A DNA stretch of 64,000 nucleotides from Asaia bogorensis (GTDB lineage: Bacteria > Pseudomonadota > Alphaproteobacteria > CACIAM-22H2): contig CAMDDQ010000002.1 in NCBI GenBank assembly GCA_945892765.1, positions 3,427 to 67,426 on the forward strand, in the 5' to 3' direction. How positions within the stretch are numbered: the first letter of the stretch is position 1; each line of letters opens with the position of its first letter. This document shows positions 19,046 to 28,917 of the stretch, piece after piece. The notes beneath the pieces are model-generated. The model saw nothing but the letters and a program-made list of their open reading frames with translations, searched no databases and was not told where the DNA came from. The translations under genes were made by a program, and so were the position numbers.

Positions 19046-20688
19046 GCCTCTCCGGCCAACAGGCGGCGGAAGTCTGAAGGGTCCGCGCGTCCCGGGCCTC
19101 CGGCCACGGCCTCGACCAACGAAGGGGCGTCGACGATCGGCCGGTTTCGTTCGTCCATTTTCGCGGGAATGACTCGGCATCGTCGCGCGATCATCGCCGC
19201 GACCGGCGCCGCGAACGGGGCCATGCCCATGTCGATGAAGACCACTGGCCGGTCCGTGCACAGCGCCTTCCAAAAAGCGGTCGTCGAGGCGAAGTCGAAA
19301 ACGAAGACATCGGCGGCGTCGATCACATCTTCAAACGGGACATAGGTCGTGTCGGCGATTGCGGCGAGGGGATGGGGCCGGCCGCGCAGGAGCCCTTCGG
19401 GATGAGGCTTGCACAAGACATCGACCGGTGAGGCCTTTAACATTTCGGCCAAGCGCAACTGCCAGTCGAGATAGATGGGATCGGCAAGCCAGGGTTGAGG
19501 TAGTTGTCGGTAGCCACGGAGCAACGTCGGCGCGTAGACGGCCAGTCGCCGCCCGACTTTCGCCGGCCGCGGCGATTTGGAAACTGCGGCGAAAGCCGGA
19601 TCTCCATCAGCGCCCTCGATCCGACACTTTCGCCACGGCACCATACGTTCGGGCCGTGCCAGCCGTGCGATGGCGGCCATTGCTTCCGTGGCCACGACGT
19701 AACGGCCGGCTGCGGTAAATTCACGTTGCGCCGTGTCCTCGAGTCGGGCCAGCATGCCGAAGGTGCCGCCATGGTCGAAGCGGACAACCCCGCCGCCGCG
19801 GCGGAGGACCTCCAGCCCCGCGGCCCGAGCCGGCCAATACCCCCCGGTCCCCGACCACAGGATCTGGGGAAGGCGGATCTGCCGAATCGCGGCCAGGTCG
19901 CGGGCGGCTTGCTCGAACAGGCTTTGCGCCTGGTCCAAGACGAGCCACTCAAGGCGCAGGCGGACGAGGTCGCCGAGTCCCCCGATTCTGGTAAGCGCCG
20001 ACGCCGCCGACGCCGCCAGTTCGCCAACGGCGAAGAGCGGTTCGGCCATCCGAGAGCGGACGTCAAGAAGCAGACTTTCCGCATGTCCAAATCCGACGCC
20101 GCCTGGAAAACGGCGGGCCGCCGTCGCCAGCATCGGGTTGTGGCTTATCGCGGTCGCGCGTGGCGCCAGCAGGGCGCGCGGAAGCCGCCACGGCACCGTC
20201 CAACTGGCCGTGCGCAGCGCGCGCCGAATGACGGCGTATTTCGGTACGGAAGGCGGTTTGATGCGGGACAGACCGGCCGCGCGCGGCGGCGTGTCCGCTT
20301 CGCCGCGTAGCCAGGGCAATTCGGCGGGGCCGCCGCTAAGGCGAATTCCGGCCTGCTGTTCGCGGGTCACGGCGAGCGCGGACTCCGCCAACCAGCCGGC
20401 GGTCGCGACGAGGGTCAGTCCCGCCAGCACCGCGACGTCGCGATGGCTCTCGTCGCGGAGTGTTTGCAGGAATTCGAGCCACCGCTGCGTAAGCGCATCG
20501 ACCGTGGACGCGATTTCCGCTGGCGGCAGCGGCCACGCCACGCTTTCGCGCCACGCCGGGTCGCGTTCCATCGCCTCCAAGTCGAAGGCGACGGGCCGTG
20601 CCGCCTCGTTCACGCGTCGCGGGATTGCGGTCAATCGCGCTTCCGGCGCGCGACCGCGCGTTGCCATTGATCCGCGTACCAGGCGCAA
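19042..20688 (-). CDS. Hypothetical GT-B-like protein of the TagF/KpsS (CDP/CMP-sugar-dependent transferase) type.
   Basis: C-terminal 'VLCKPHPE...ADVFVFDFASTTAFWKALCTDRPVVFIDMG' resembles the K-P-H-P and D-Y/F-S-S motifs of CDP-glycerol glycerophosphotransferases and capsule KpsS/C proteins. The start is uncertain; the ORF overlaps the upstream gene by 58 nt. Confidence 0.4.
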   Translation of the reverse strand: MRLVRGSMATRGRAPEARLTAIPRRVNEAARPVAFDLEAMERDPAWRESVAWPLPPAEIASTVDALTQRWLEFLQTLRDESHRDVAVLAGLTLVATAGWLAESALAVTREQQAGIRLSGGPAELPWLRGEADTPPRAAGLSRIKPPSVPKYAVIRRALRTASWTVPWRLPRALLAPRATAISHNPMLATAARRFPGGVGFGHAESLLLDVRSRMAEPLFAVGELAASAASALTRIGGLGDLVRLRLEWLVLDQAQSLFEQAARDLAAIRQIRLPQILWSGTGGYWPARAAGLEVLRRGGGVVRFDHGGTFGMLARLEDTAQREFTAAGRYVVATEAMAAIARLARPERMVPWRKCRIEGADGDPAFAAVSKSPRPAKVGRRLAVYAPTLLRGYRQLPQPWLADPIYLDWQLRLAEMLKASPVDVLCKPHPEGLLRGRPHPLAAIADTTYVPFEDVIDAADVFVFDFASTTAFWKALCTDRPVVFIDMGMAPFAAPVAAMIARRCRVIPAKMDERNRPIVDAPSLVEAVAGGPGRADPSDFRRLLAGEA

Positions 20689-21707
20689 TAACGTTTATAC
20701 CCGGTCTCCAACCCCCATCCGGCCTTGAAGCCCAGTTCCTCCTCGGCCTTCTTTGTCGACAGGGTGCCGCGCACCGGTTTGTCGGCGGCGCGCGGTCTCT
20801 CCTCCAGCGTTGCGGTTGGCACCACTGTCTTCACGATGGCCGCAAGCTCGGCGATGGTGCGCGCGTTGCCGAAGGTCAGGTTGAACGTGTTGGTGTAACC
20901 GGGGCGCTTCTTGAGCGAGAGAGCGCGCGCCATGCCCTGAACCAGGTCCTCGATATAGGTGAAATCAAGTCGGCCATCGCCGCCGCCCTCGAGCAACAGC
21001 GGTTTGCCCGAAAGGGCGTTTTCGATGAACGCCTGGGAGACACGGCCGCTGATGCAACGCTCGCCATAAAGCGCGCTGGGACGAACCACGACGCAAGCGA
21101 TGCCGTGTTGGTCGGCATAGGTGCGAACCAGTCTTTCGCCCATGTATTTCGCATTCGCGTAGATGCCGCGAGGCTGGGGGCGCGTGGCCTCATCCACGGT
21201 CGGCGTCTCGAAATCGCCGTAGACGGTGCTCGAGCTCAGAAACATCACCTCGATCAGGTCACCCCCGCGACGGCACAATTCCAACACATTGCGAAGGGTG
21301 AGGAGTTGCAGGTCAAAGCAAAGGCCCGGGTCTTTGCCGGCATCGACGGCGCTGGCGATGGCCGCCAATTGAACGACCTTGTTGGGCCTGAATTCATCGA
21401 AGAGACGCGTGACGTCGGTCAAGTTGCGGGCGTCGGCATTGCGGATAAGTACGCCCGCCTCGCGCATCAGGCTGAACCGGTCGAGCAGAAAATCGAGATA
21501 CATCTGGCGGCGCAGCGGATCCAGCGCCGGGTCACCGACATTGGCGATCAGATTATTGACCACCAGATTGTCGGCGACCATGACCTCGGCGTTGGCGCGA
21601 CGAAGTGCCAGGGCCAAATTGTGTCCGATGAAACCGGCGCCGCCGACCAGCAGGATGCGCTGACCGGCGAGCGGCGCCACGAAGCTGTCATAGGAGATGA
21701 GGGGCAT
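20631..21707 (-). CDS. NAD-dependent epimerase/dehydratase (extended SDR).
   Basis: 'ILLVGGAGFIGHNL' and 'YANAKYMGE' YxxxK motifs. Confidence 0.8.
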   Translation of the reverse strand: MPLISYDSFVAPLAGQRILLVGGAGFIGHNLALALRRANAEVMVADNLVVNNLIANVGDPALDPLRRQMYLDFLLDRFSLMREAGVLIRNADARNLTDVTRLFDEFRPNKVVQLAAIASAVDAGKDPGLCFDLQLLTLRNVLELCRRGGDLIEVMFLSSSTVYGDFETPTVDEATRPQPRGIYANAKYMGERLVRTYADQHGIACVVVRPSALYGERCISGRVSQAFIENALSGKPLLLEGGGDGRLDFTYIEDLVQGMARALSLKKRPGYTNTFNLTFGNARTIAELAAIVKTVVPTATLEERPRAADKPVRGTLSTKKAEEELGFKAGWGLETGYKRYCAWYADQWQRAVARRKRD

Positions 21708-21719
21708 TGGGGGTGGCCG

Positions 21720-22598
21720 TCAAATGTCTCGGAAATGGGTTTGGGTGTCGCGGTGCCAGCGCTCGAAGAAATCCGACATCGCCTTGGGATCGTCCCCTTG
21801 CCACGGGATCGATTTGCCCTTGGCCTCCTTGCGCGCGACCACGACCAGCCAGTCCTGATCGACATAACGATTGATGGCGACGGGGGCAAAGCCGGAAACG
21901 GCCAGAATCCCGCGCAAGGAATTGGCGCTGAACCGGAAGCAATGGGTGTCGGCGGGATTCTTGCTCAAATAATAGTGCAGCGGCTTCTTGAACGGCACGA
22001 GCAGGCGGCTGCCTGTTGCCACCAGGATGTGACCGCCATCGGCGAGCACGTCATGAGCGGCGTCGAGCATGGCGCGGCAGGACTGGCAGTTTTCCAACGT
22101 CCACATGATGGTGACGACGTCGAAGCGGCGTTTTTGCCCATCCGGCCGGTCCCGATAATCCTCGATCGTGCCGTTGAAATGTTCGACGCCAAGCTCCCGA
22201 AGCCGGGCGCAATTGGCCGGCGACGGCTCGATCCCGAAGGTGCGGGCGCCATAAGGCTGCCCACCGGCAATGCGGAGAAATTCACCCTCGCCGCCGCCGA
22301 TGTCGCACAACGTCTTGCCCTTCAGCCCGATTTGTTCGTCGAGAAAGGCGGCGACGAACGTCAGCCGGGCCGTCACCGCCGGAATGCGCGCGGTGTACCC
22401 CTCGCCGAAGATGTCGTCGGACCAGGACGCCGCGATGTCCTTGGCCGATCGCCGGCTGCGAACATAGACAAACCCACATTGGCTACAGATGTAAACGGGC
22501 TGGTCGCCGGTGTATTCCCGGCTATGCGGCACCTCGACGGGCCGGTCGGCGCCGCACAGATCGCAAGGAAAATTCGTGTGCTTAACGGTCGGCATCAT
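21720..22598 (-). CDS. SAM-dependent methyltransferase with an N-terminal zinc-ribbon.
   Basis: 'CDLCG...CSQCG' Cys4 ribbon followed by 'LCDIGGGEGEF' class-I methyltransferase motif. Confidence 0.65.
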   Translation of the reverse strand: MMPTVKHTNFPCDLCGADRPVEVPHSREYTGDQPVYICSQCGFVYVRSRRSAKDIAASWSDDIFGEGYTARIPAVTARLTFVAAFLDEQIGLKGKTLCDIGGGEGEFLRIAGGQPYGARTFGIEPSPANCARLRELGVEHFNGTIEDYRDRPDGQKRRFDVVTIMWTLENCQSCRAMLDAAHDVLADGGHILVATGSRLLVPFKKPLHYYLSKNPADTHCFRFSANSLRGILAVSGFAPVAINRYVDQDWLVVVARKEAKGKSIPWQGDDPKAMSDFFERWHRDTQTHFRDI

Positions 22599-22618
22599 CA
22601 GCCTTTCTCAATGTCGAA

Positions 22619-23728
22619 TTAACGCAACGCGTTGCGCAAATGCCATTCATTGTCTTGAATCGTCCAGATTTCAGGATTTCGATGAAGATCGACGATGTGC
22701 TCGAATTCGCTGCGGCTAAGGCCCAGGAAATCGAGCGTGGCATCGATATGTTCCCCGGGGAACTCGCCGTCATAACGTTGGGCAAGCTCGAGACCCTGGG
22801 CCCGGGTCAGGCGGCCGTTTTGGATTTGCCTGCTGGCGTCGCGCACGGCCCGGCCAAATCCGAATTTGATGAATTGAAGGTAGTAATAGAGGTCGTCGAT
22901 CTTGTCGTCGAGGCTGTCGAAACTCGTGAACGTGCCTTCGCTGCGGCCCCAGGGAACAGTCTTGAAGTCTATCTTTTCGGCGATGAGTTCGTAATTGGAC
23001 ACCACGTCCCATCGATGGAAGTAGGCAAAATAGAGCGCCTTCACGCCGACGGCGGCGACGGCGTCGCGGTCGGGATAGTGATAGGGGTTGAGATCGCCGG
23101 CCCCAATCTTGTCATCGACCCAGTTGCGCGGATCGTCGCCGATCTGATGTTCGATGACTTCGGTGAAGTCTCGAATTTTCTTGGACTCCTCGTTACGGAC
23201 CTTGCCGCCATATTCGCTTTCACCATGTTCGGCGTAAAAGACCAGCGCGATGCGATAACGCACGGCGACCTGCAAGGGAATGGTATTGACCCCCGCGTCC
23301 CAGGCCACCTTGGGATTGCCGCGCTCGACAAAAAAGCGATGGGCGAGGTGCCGCGCTACTTGCTGATTCGGCCGGACGAGAAGGTGGTCGAATCCCGCCT
23401 TCAGCATCTGCTCGCGATTGTGTTGCGCGATTTCGGAGGGGATCATCGGCGAAAAGGTGACGAGCAGCGGATTAAGGCCGTAGTCGAATTTTAGTCGCCA
23501 GGCGATCGCGCTTGAATCCTTGCCGCCGCTCCAGGGCACGACACAATCCCAACTACCATCGGTGGATTTATAGGCGGCGATGAGGTCCAGGAACTCCTGG
23601 CCTCGGGCCGCCCAATCCACATGGTTTTTTTGTTCGGCATTGAGGCAACCGTTGCAGATTCCCTCGGGATTGAAGCCGATACGTGGCCTGCTCGACGGCA
23701 TCAGACATTTTTTGCAGAACTGGAACAT
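22619..23728 (-). CDS. N-acetyl sugar amidotransferase (WbuX/PseA/LPS biosynthesis PP-loop ATPase family).
   Basis: 'CKKCLMPSSRP...CNGC' Zn-ribbon. 'VVPWSGGKDSS' PP-loop. Confidence 0.8.
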   Translation of the reverse strand: MFQFCKKCLMPSSRPRIGFNPEGICNGCLNAEQKNHVDWAARGQEFLDLIAAYKSTDGSWDCVVPWSGGKDSSAIAWRLKFDYGLNPLLVTFSPMIPSEIAQHNREQMLKAGFDHLLVRPNQQVARHLAHRFFVERGNPKVAWDAGVNTIPLQVAVRYRIALVFYAEHGESEYGGKVRNEESKKIRDFTEVIEHQIGDDPRNWVDDKIGAGDLNPYHYPDRDAVAAVGVKALYFAYFHRWDVVSNYELIAEKIDFKTVPWGRSEGTFTSFDSLDDKIDDLYYYLQFIKFGFGRAVRDASRQIQNGRLTRAQGLELAQRYDGEFPGEHIDATLDFLGLSRSEFEHIVDLHRNPEIWTIQDNEWHLRNALR

Positions 23729-23751
23729 TGCCTACTCGATGGTGAACGACA

Positions 23752-24510
23752 TCATGGACGGACTTCGATTCCGGCTTTGGTGAGAAAGGATTTCGCGCTT
23801 TTGATCGCGGTCTCGGTGAAATGGTAGATGTTCTGGGTGCAGACGGCCGAGGCACGGGCCGCCCGGAATCCCTCGACGAAGTGTTGCCATTGGCCGGCGC
23901 CGCCGAGGATCAGGACCGGTACGTCGACCGCATCGGCGACTGCCCGGCAAAGTTCGAGATCGTAGCCCTCGAGCGACCCATCGCGGTCCACGGCCTGGAT
24001 AAGAATCTCCCCGGCCCCACGCCGCACCGCCTCCCGCGCCCATTTCTCCGGTGTTAGGCCGGTGGGCGAGGACGCGAAATCCGCGAATACTTCATAGCCG
24101 CCCTCGGCGTTTTTTCTGGCGTCGATGCAGACGACAACACATTGAGCGCCATAGGCCCGCGCGATTTCGGTAATGAAGTCCGGCCGCCGGATCGCCGCCG
24201 AATTGACCACGACTTTGTCCGCGCCGATGCCCATCATCTCGCGCACGTCATCGAGATGGCGAAGCCCGCCGCCGGCGGCGAGCGGCACGAAACACTTGCC
24301 GGCGAAACGGCGCACGACCTCAAGAAAATTGGCCCGCTGCCCACCGCCTGGCCGGGTGACGTCGAGCACCACGATTTCGTCCACGGACCACGCATCCACG
24401 AAATTGAGCGTATAGCGATAATCCGGCACGAAGTCCTTGGTCCGGAACAAGACCCCGTCGTTGAAGGTGAGGACGGTCACCAGGCGTTTGCGTAACACGA
24501 CCCTCCTCAA
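23752..24510 (-). CDS. Imidazole-glycerol-phosphate synthase cyclase subunit homolog (HisF-like, WbuZ type).
   Basis: 'VPLAAGGGLR', 'VVVNSAAI' and 'VPVLILGGAG' HisF barrel motifs. Encoded inside a glycan locus next to HisH-like and WbuX-like genes. Confidence 0.8.
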   Translation of the reverse strand: MRRVVLRKRLVTVLTFNDGVLFRTKDFVPDYRYTLNFVDAWSVDEIVVLDVTRPGGGQRANFLEVVRRFAGKCFVPLAAGGGLRHLDDVREMMGIGADKVVVNSAAIRRPDFITEIARAYGAQCVVVCIDARKNAEGGYEVFADFASSPTGLTPEKWAREAVRRGAGEILIQAVDRDGSLEGYDLELCRAVADAVDVPVLILGGAGQWQHFVEGFRAARASAVCTQNIYHFTETAIKSAKSFLTKAGIEVRP

Positions 24511-25127
24511 CCCTCTTCGAGGAAATTCCGTAACACGGTGAGGCCGTGTCGCTGGCTCTTTTCGGGATGAAATTGGGTCCCGTAGATCCGCCCCTTCTCG
24601 ACCGTGGCCGTAACCGGCCCGCCATAATCGGTCTCCCCGGTGATGACGTCGTCGTCGCCGCGGATGTGAAAACTATGGACGTAGTAGAAGAGCGCGTCGT
24701 CGGGGACGTTCTTGAACAACACGCTATCGCGCTTTCGGCGCAACTCGTTCCATCCGACATGCGGGACGCGCAGGTTCGTATCCGTTGGTTCGATGCGAAC
24801 AACCTCGGCGTCCAGCCAACCCAGGCCGCGGTGATCGCCGAATTCCGCGCTGCCGCGAGCGAGCAATTGAGCGCCGAGACAAATGCCCAGGATCGGCTTG
24901 CCCGCCCCCAGAACCAGTCGGTTCAGCGCATCGGCGAGGCCGCGGCGGCGCAGCTCGGCCATCCCATCGCCGAAGGCGCCAACCCCCGGCAGGATATATT
25001 TGTCTGCGGTTTCAAGCGCTGCGGGCTCGGCGGCAAGCCGGGGCGCGAAACCGAGCCGTTCGACCGCCCCGGCCACCGAGGTAAGGTTGCCCAGCCCGTA
25101 ATCGACGATGGCGATCGTCGCCGTCAA
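24507..25127 (-). CDS. Glutamine amidotransferase class I, HisH-like (WbuY type).
   Basis: 'IAIVDYGLGNLTSV' and 'GICLGAQLL' (catalytic Cys) with 'HSFH'. ATGA overlaps on both sides. Confidence 0.8.
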   Translation of the reverse strand: MTATIAIVDYGLGNLTSVAGAVERLGFAPRLAAEPAALETADKYILPGVGAFGDGMAELRRRGLADALNRLVLGAGKPILGICLGAQLLARGSAEFGDHRGLGWLDAEVVRIEPTDTNLRVPHVGWNELRRKRDSVLFKNVPDDALFYYVHSFHIRGDDDVITGETDYGGPVTATVEKGRIYGTQFHPEKSQRHGLTVLRNFLEEG

Positions 25128-26950
25128 GCCGCTGCTCGGCGATCGAGGAAAAGGCGGGCCGACACGAAACTGAACAGAAATTTCGAGAAGCTGTTGTCGG
25201 TCATGTCGGCGTCGAAGAATTCGAGAAAACGCTTGCGATCAACGACGTCGAAAATTGGACCAGGGGCAAGCAGGCGCTCGCGCACCCGCGGATCGCGGCG
25301 GTCGAGTAGCGATTCGATGGAGGCATTGAATCCCCGCTTGCGCCGGTCCAGGCGCACGCGGTCATGCAGACTTCCGGCCCCGGCTTCGCGCAGCGGCCAT
25401 TTGACGAAGCCGTCGCGAATCAGGTGCGCGTTGGGAATCCGATAAGCGAACTCCGCCAGATCGCGGTCGAGATAGGGCGAACGGTTCTCGATGGAATATT
25501 CCATCGAATTCATGTCGTCCTCTCCGAGGATCACCGGGATGGATTCGTGTTGGAGTTCGTTCAGCATCCGGTTGCGCAGCAAATTGCCGCTATAGGCCGC
25601 CTCCGCGAAGGGTTCGTCGAAGGGATCGCGCAACAGGGAAGAAAAGAAGGCGGCGTTCAGGAAAATATGGTCGCGCGCGCAGGGCTCGGAGACAAAACGG
25701 AGGGGCTCCTGGAGCAGCGGGTTCTGGACAAAGGCGCCATAACTCTTGCGCCATTCGTCGAGGACGCGCGGGAAATCGTTGCGGTCGCGTTGTTCGGCCA
25801 ACCAGAAGGCGTAGTGGTCGTAATAGCCGGTGAAGAGTTCGTCGGCGGCGGTACCCGAGATCGCGACCTTATAACCTCGTGCCGCGATCGCCTGCGACAG
25901 GAACGCGTGCAGGTAATAGGTGATCGTCGCCACCGGGGCGTCGTGATAGGCGATTTGCGAGTCGAGGCGGTCGAGGAAACCCTCGGTCGATGTGTGGACG
26001 ATGTGATGCTCGCAGCCGAGATCCTCGACCACGGTCGCAATATTTGCGCTTTCGTTGTAGCGGGCGTCGCCGTCGATGATCGAAAAGGCATGGAGGCGGG
26101 CGCCGAAATGTTTGACCGCCAGGGCCGCCAGGGTTCCCGAATCGATGCCGCCGGACAGGCAGAAGGCGACCGGGACGTCCGCGCGCAGCCTGATTTCAAT
26201 GGCTCGAGTCAGGCGTGCGCGCACGCCATCGGCGGCGTCCTGCGCCGACATGGCCTGAGGCGTGTATTCCAGCCGCCAGTAGCGGCGGGGCATGGGCAGA
26301 TCCGGACCGGCCAACTCGGCGAAGGATGAGGCCGGCAGCGCGCCGACTCCGTCGAAGAAGGTGTCTTGTCGCTTGTATAACGACTTGTAGCCATTAACGA
26401 GGTAGCGCCGCACCTGACGAAGATTGGCGGCGGGCCGATGACCCGACAGCGCCTCGAGAAATTTCACTTCGGAAGCGAAGTACAAGGCGCCGTCATGGCG
26501 CATGAAATAAAGCGGCTTTTCGCCGAAGCGGTCGCGCGACAGGATCAACCTGTCGCTTGCCGTATCGAGAAGGGCGAACGCCCACATCCCCTCGAAGCGG
26601 TCGAACGAAGCCTTGCCCCACTCCCGCCATGCCTCGACGATGACCTCGGTATCCGACGTCGTCGTGAAGCGGTGTCCTAGCCCCTCCAACTCCGCGCGCA
26701 GTTCGACATAATTGTAGATTTCGCCATTGTAGATCAGGGCGAGGTTGCCGCGCATGAAGGGCTGATTGGCGCGCGGATCGAGATCGATGATGGCCAGTCG
26801 CGTGTGAAGCAGGGTCACGGAAAAGCCACCCAAGATGCCGCGATGGATGCCGCTGCCATCGGGTCCGCGGTTCTTCATCGCGGCGAAGGTCGCGGCGATG
26901 CGCTTATCATCGAGCGGGATTCTATGGATAGCGCCGGCAATGCCGCACAT
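25124..26950 (-). CDS. Asparagine synthase (glutamine-hydrolysing) family amidotransferase, second copy.
   Basis: 'MCGIAGAI' Cys2. 'LSGGIDSG' PP-loop. 608 aa. Confidence 0.85.
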   Translation of the reverse strand: MCGIAGAIHRIPLDDKRIAATFAAMKNRGPDGSGIHRGILGGFSVTLLHTRLAIIDLDPRANQPFMRGNLALIYNGEIYNYVELRAELEGLGHRFTTTSDTEVIVEAWREWGKASFDRFEGMWAFALLDTASDRLILSRDRFGEKPLYFMRHDGALYFASEVKFLEALSGHRPAANLRQVRRYLVNGYKSLYKRQDTFFDGVGALPASSFAELAGPDLPMPRRYWRLEYTPQAMSAQDAADGVRARLTRAIEIRLRADVPVAFCLSGGIDSGTLAALAVKHFGARLHAFSIIDGDARYNESANIATVVEDLGCEHHIVHTSTEGFLDRLDSQIAYHDAPVATITYYLHAFLSQAIAARGYKVAISGTAADELFTGYYDHYAFWLAEQRDRNDFPRVLDEWRKSYGAFVQNPLLQEPLRFVSEPCARDHIFLNAAFFSSLLRDPFDEPFAEAAYSGNLLRNRMLNELQHESIPVILGEDDMNSMEYSIENRSPYLDRDLAEFAYRIPNAHLIRDGFVKWPLREAGAGSLHDRVRLDRRKRGFNASIESLLDRRDPRVRERLLAPGPIFDVVDRKRFLEFFDADMTDNSFSKFLFSFVSARLFLDRRAAA

Positions 26951-26953
26951 GGA

Positions 26954-27970
26954 CTATGTCACCGCGTCCCGCGGAACGATTTCACCCCGGCGCAAAGCGC
27001 GCAGCAGACGCCGTCCGATAAGCGTCGGACGTTCCGCGGCGAGGAACTGCGTTGCCGGCCGCGCATACAGCAGATCGTCATCGGTCAACACGACTCCGGC
27101 GGCAAGGTCGTGTTTGGCGACGATGCCCTTTCGGATTGCATCTCGGTTCCCGGCTTCCGCCGCCTGCACGGTCTTCGCCGCATCGCCCAGCGCGGATTTC
27201 ACGCCCCGGATGGATTGGATGAGCGCCGCCAGCTCGGGCCCGGTGAACGACAGGCGGTGATCGCGGAAGCTGCTCGTCTCCCTCAGATCGGCATCGGTAA
27301 CGTGGACTTCGATGATTGCGGCGCCCAAAGCCACGGCCGCCAGCACGGCCTCGGACCCAATGACATGGTTGGAGTAGCCGACCGTTAGATCATAACGCGT
27401 CTTCAGGAAGGACACGGCGCGTACATTGGCCTGTTCGATCGGCGTGGGATAGCCGGACACGCAATGCAGCAGCACCAACCTTTCGTTCAATGCCTTCTGA
27501 CCAACCTCGTCGCGTACCCAACCGACCGCTCGGTCGATTTCGTCGACAACACCGCAGCCGGTCGAAAGGAGGACCGGCTTGCCGGTGCGGGCGGCGGCGC
27601 GGATCACCGTCTCAAAGGTCAAATCGCCACTGGCGATCTTGATGGCGGGCGCGAATTCGGCGATTCGCGGGACCCAATCTTCGGAAAGCGGCGTCGAAAG
27701 CAAGGGAATGCCGAGTGCCTTGGCTTCCGCCGCCAGGCGGTGGTGGGCGGCGATGTCGAGGGCGACGCGTGAAACTCGCGCAAAACGTTCGGCGTCCGAA
27801 GCGGACGTGTAACGCTCGGGCGTGTAGCTCTGAAGCTTGACCGCGTCGGCCCCGGCCTTCGCGGCGGCGGCGAGGATTCGGGAGGCGGCGTCGACATTGC
27901 CTTCGTGGTTGACGCCGATTTCGGCGACCACGGCGACCTCCCGATCAAGGTCACGGCCGAACAGGTTCAT
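26954..27970 (-). CDS. NeuB-family nonulosonic acid synthase, paralog 2.
   Basis: 'VAVVAEIGVNHEGNVDAASRILAAAAKAGADAVKLQ' with a C-terminal SAF domain. The true start ATG at 27970 overlaps the upstream stop (ATGA). The ORF-track N-terminal extension of 200 aa is spurious. Confidence 0.8.
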   Translation of the reverse strand: MNLFGRDLDREVAVVAEIGVNHEGNVDAASRILAAAAKAGADAVKLQSYTPERYTSASDAERFARVSRVALDIAAHHRLAAEAKALGIPLLSTPLSEDWVPRIAEFAPAIKIASGDLTFETVIRAAARTGKPVLLSTGCGVVDEIDRAVGWVRDEVGQKALNERLVLLHCVSGYPTPIEQANVRAVSFLKTRYDLTVGYSNHVIGSEAVLAAVALGAAIIEVHVTDADLRETSSFRDHRLSFTGPELAALIQSIRGVKSALGDAAKTVQAAEAGNRDAIRKGIVAKHDLAAGVVLTDDDLLYARPATQFLAAERPTLIGRRLLRALRRGEIVPRDAVT

Positions 27971-28917
27971 GCCGCGCCCTCCGGTTGGGCCAAGAACGGA
28001 TAGGGGCGGTTCTCGAACCCGACCATGTCGCGACGGATATGGAAGGGGTTGGTGATTCCAAGATCGTTGGACCCCGCCATGGCGCTCGGCGCATGATCGA
28101 AGCCGCGTTCGCGCAGATGGCCGATGACATGGTCGTCGTAATCGTCGGCCTGGCCCTCGGGGTAGGAAAACAGGCTGCAACGCCGTCCTAGCTCGCGTTC
28201 TAGAGCGGCGACCGATTCGTTGATCTGGCGGCGCATCTCGACCTCCGGCACCTTCGCCAGCGACACATGGTCCACGGTGTGGGCACCAAAATCGACAAGC
28301 GGCGACCGGGTCATCGTCCGGACCTCGTCCCAATCGAGAAAGCGATAGAGCGGGTGATTGGGATCGGCCTGCGCTTGGAGCTGCGATTCCACCGCGGCCA
28401 CGATTGCGTCCTTGTCGGAATTGGGCAGACCTTTGCAGGCGCGTTTGACCGAGGCCAGAGCCTGGAGGCGGGACTCGCTTCCCGTCAGGGAAAAACGCGT
28501 CTCCACGCCGCTCAAGACAAGAGTCAGCCGGTCGCGTTTGGTCTGCACAATCGCCGCTTCCAACCGGTCGGTCCATATCGCGCGGCCAGTGCCGATGAAC
28601 CCGGTCGCGAGATAGAAGGTCGCGGGAACGCCGAATTTCTCAAGAACAGGCAAGGCCTCGGCGAGATTGTTGTAGAAGCCATCATCGAAGGTGACGGCGA
28701 CCGCACCCGCCGGCAGGTCGCGCTCGCCGCGATGGGCGGCGGCGATGTCGCTCAAGCGGACGACCGGACGGTTTGCCGCCAAATGCTGCATCTCGGCGGC
28801 GAAACGCGACCGCGGCACATGTTTTCCCGAACTATTGCGATGGTTGAGTTCGAGATCATCGGCGTGAACGCCGTGATAGAGCAGAACGAAATATCGGCCC
28901 GGCGGGTCGGCGATCAT
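27967..28917 (-). CDS. Polysaccharide deacetylase family (CE4).
   Basis: 'VAVTFDDGFYNN' NodB motif 1. 'HTVDH' His motif. Start ATG at 28917, with ATGA overlap. Confidence 0.7.
   Translation of the reverse strand: MIADPPGRYFVLLYHGVHADDLELNHRNSSGKHVPRSRFAAEMQHLAANRPVVRLSDIAAAHRGERDLPAGAVAVTFDDGFYNNLAEALPVLEKFGVPATFYLATGFIGTGRAIWTDRLEAAIVQTKRDRLTLVLSGVETRFSLTGSESRLQALASVKRACKGLPNSDKDAIVAAVESQLQAQADPNHPLYRFLDWDEVRTMTRSPLVDFGAHTVDHVSLAKVPEVEMRRQINESVAALERELGRRCSLFSYPEGQADDYDDHVIGHLRERGFDHAPSAMAGSNDLGITNPFHIRRDMVGFENRPYPFLAQPEGAA

Noticed and set aside
26954-28576. The 540-aa ORF-track call for NeuB paralog 2, with a 200-aa Arg/Pro-rich N-terminal extension. Similar over-long calls exist for the genes ending at 19273, 38921, 16401, 29040 and 50464.
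   Set aside because: The extensions overlap the upstream genes, are low-complexity, and precede an internal ATG that gives a canonical-length protein with an ATGA overlap. They are treated as longest-ORF artefacts.
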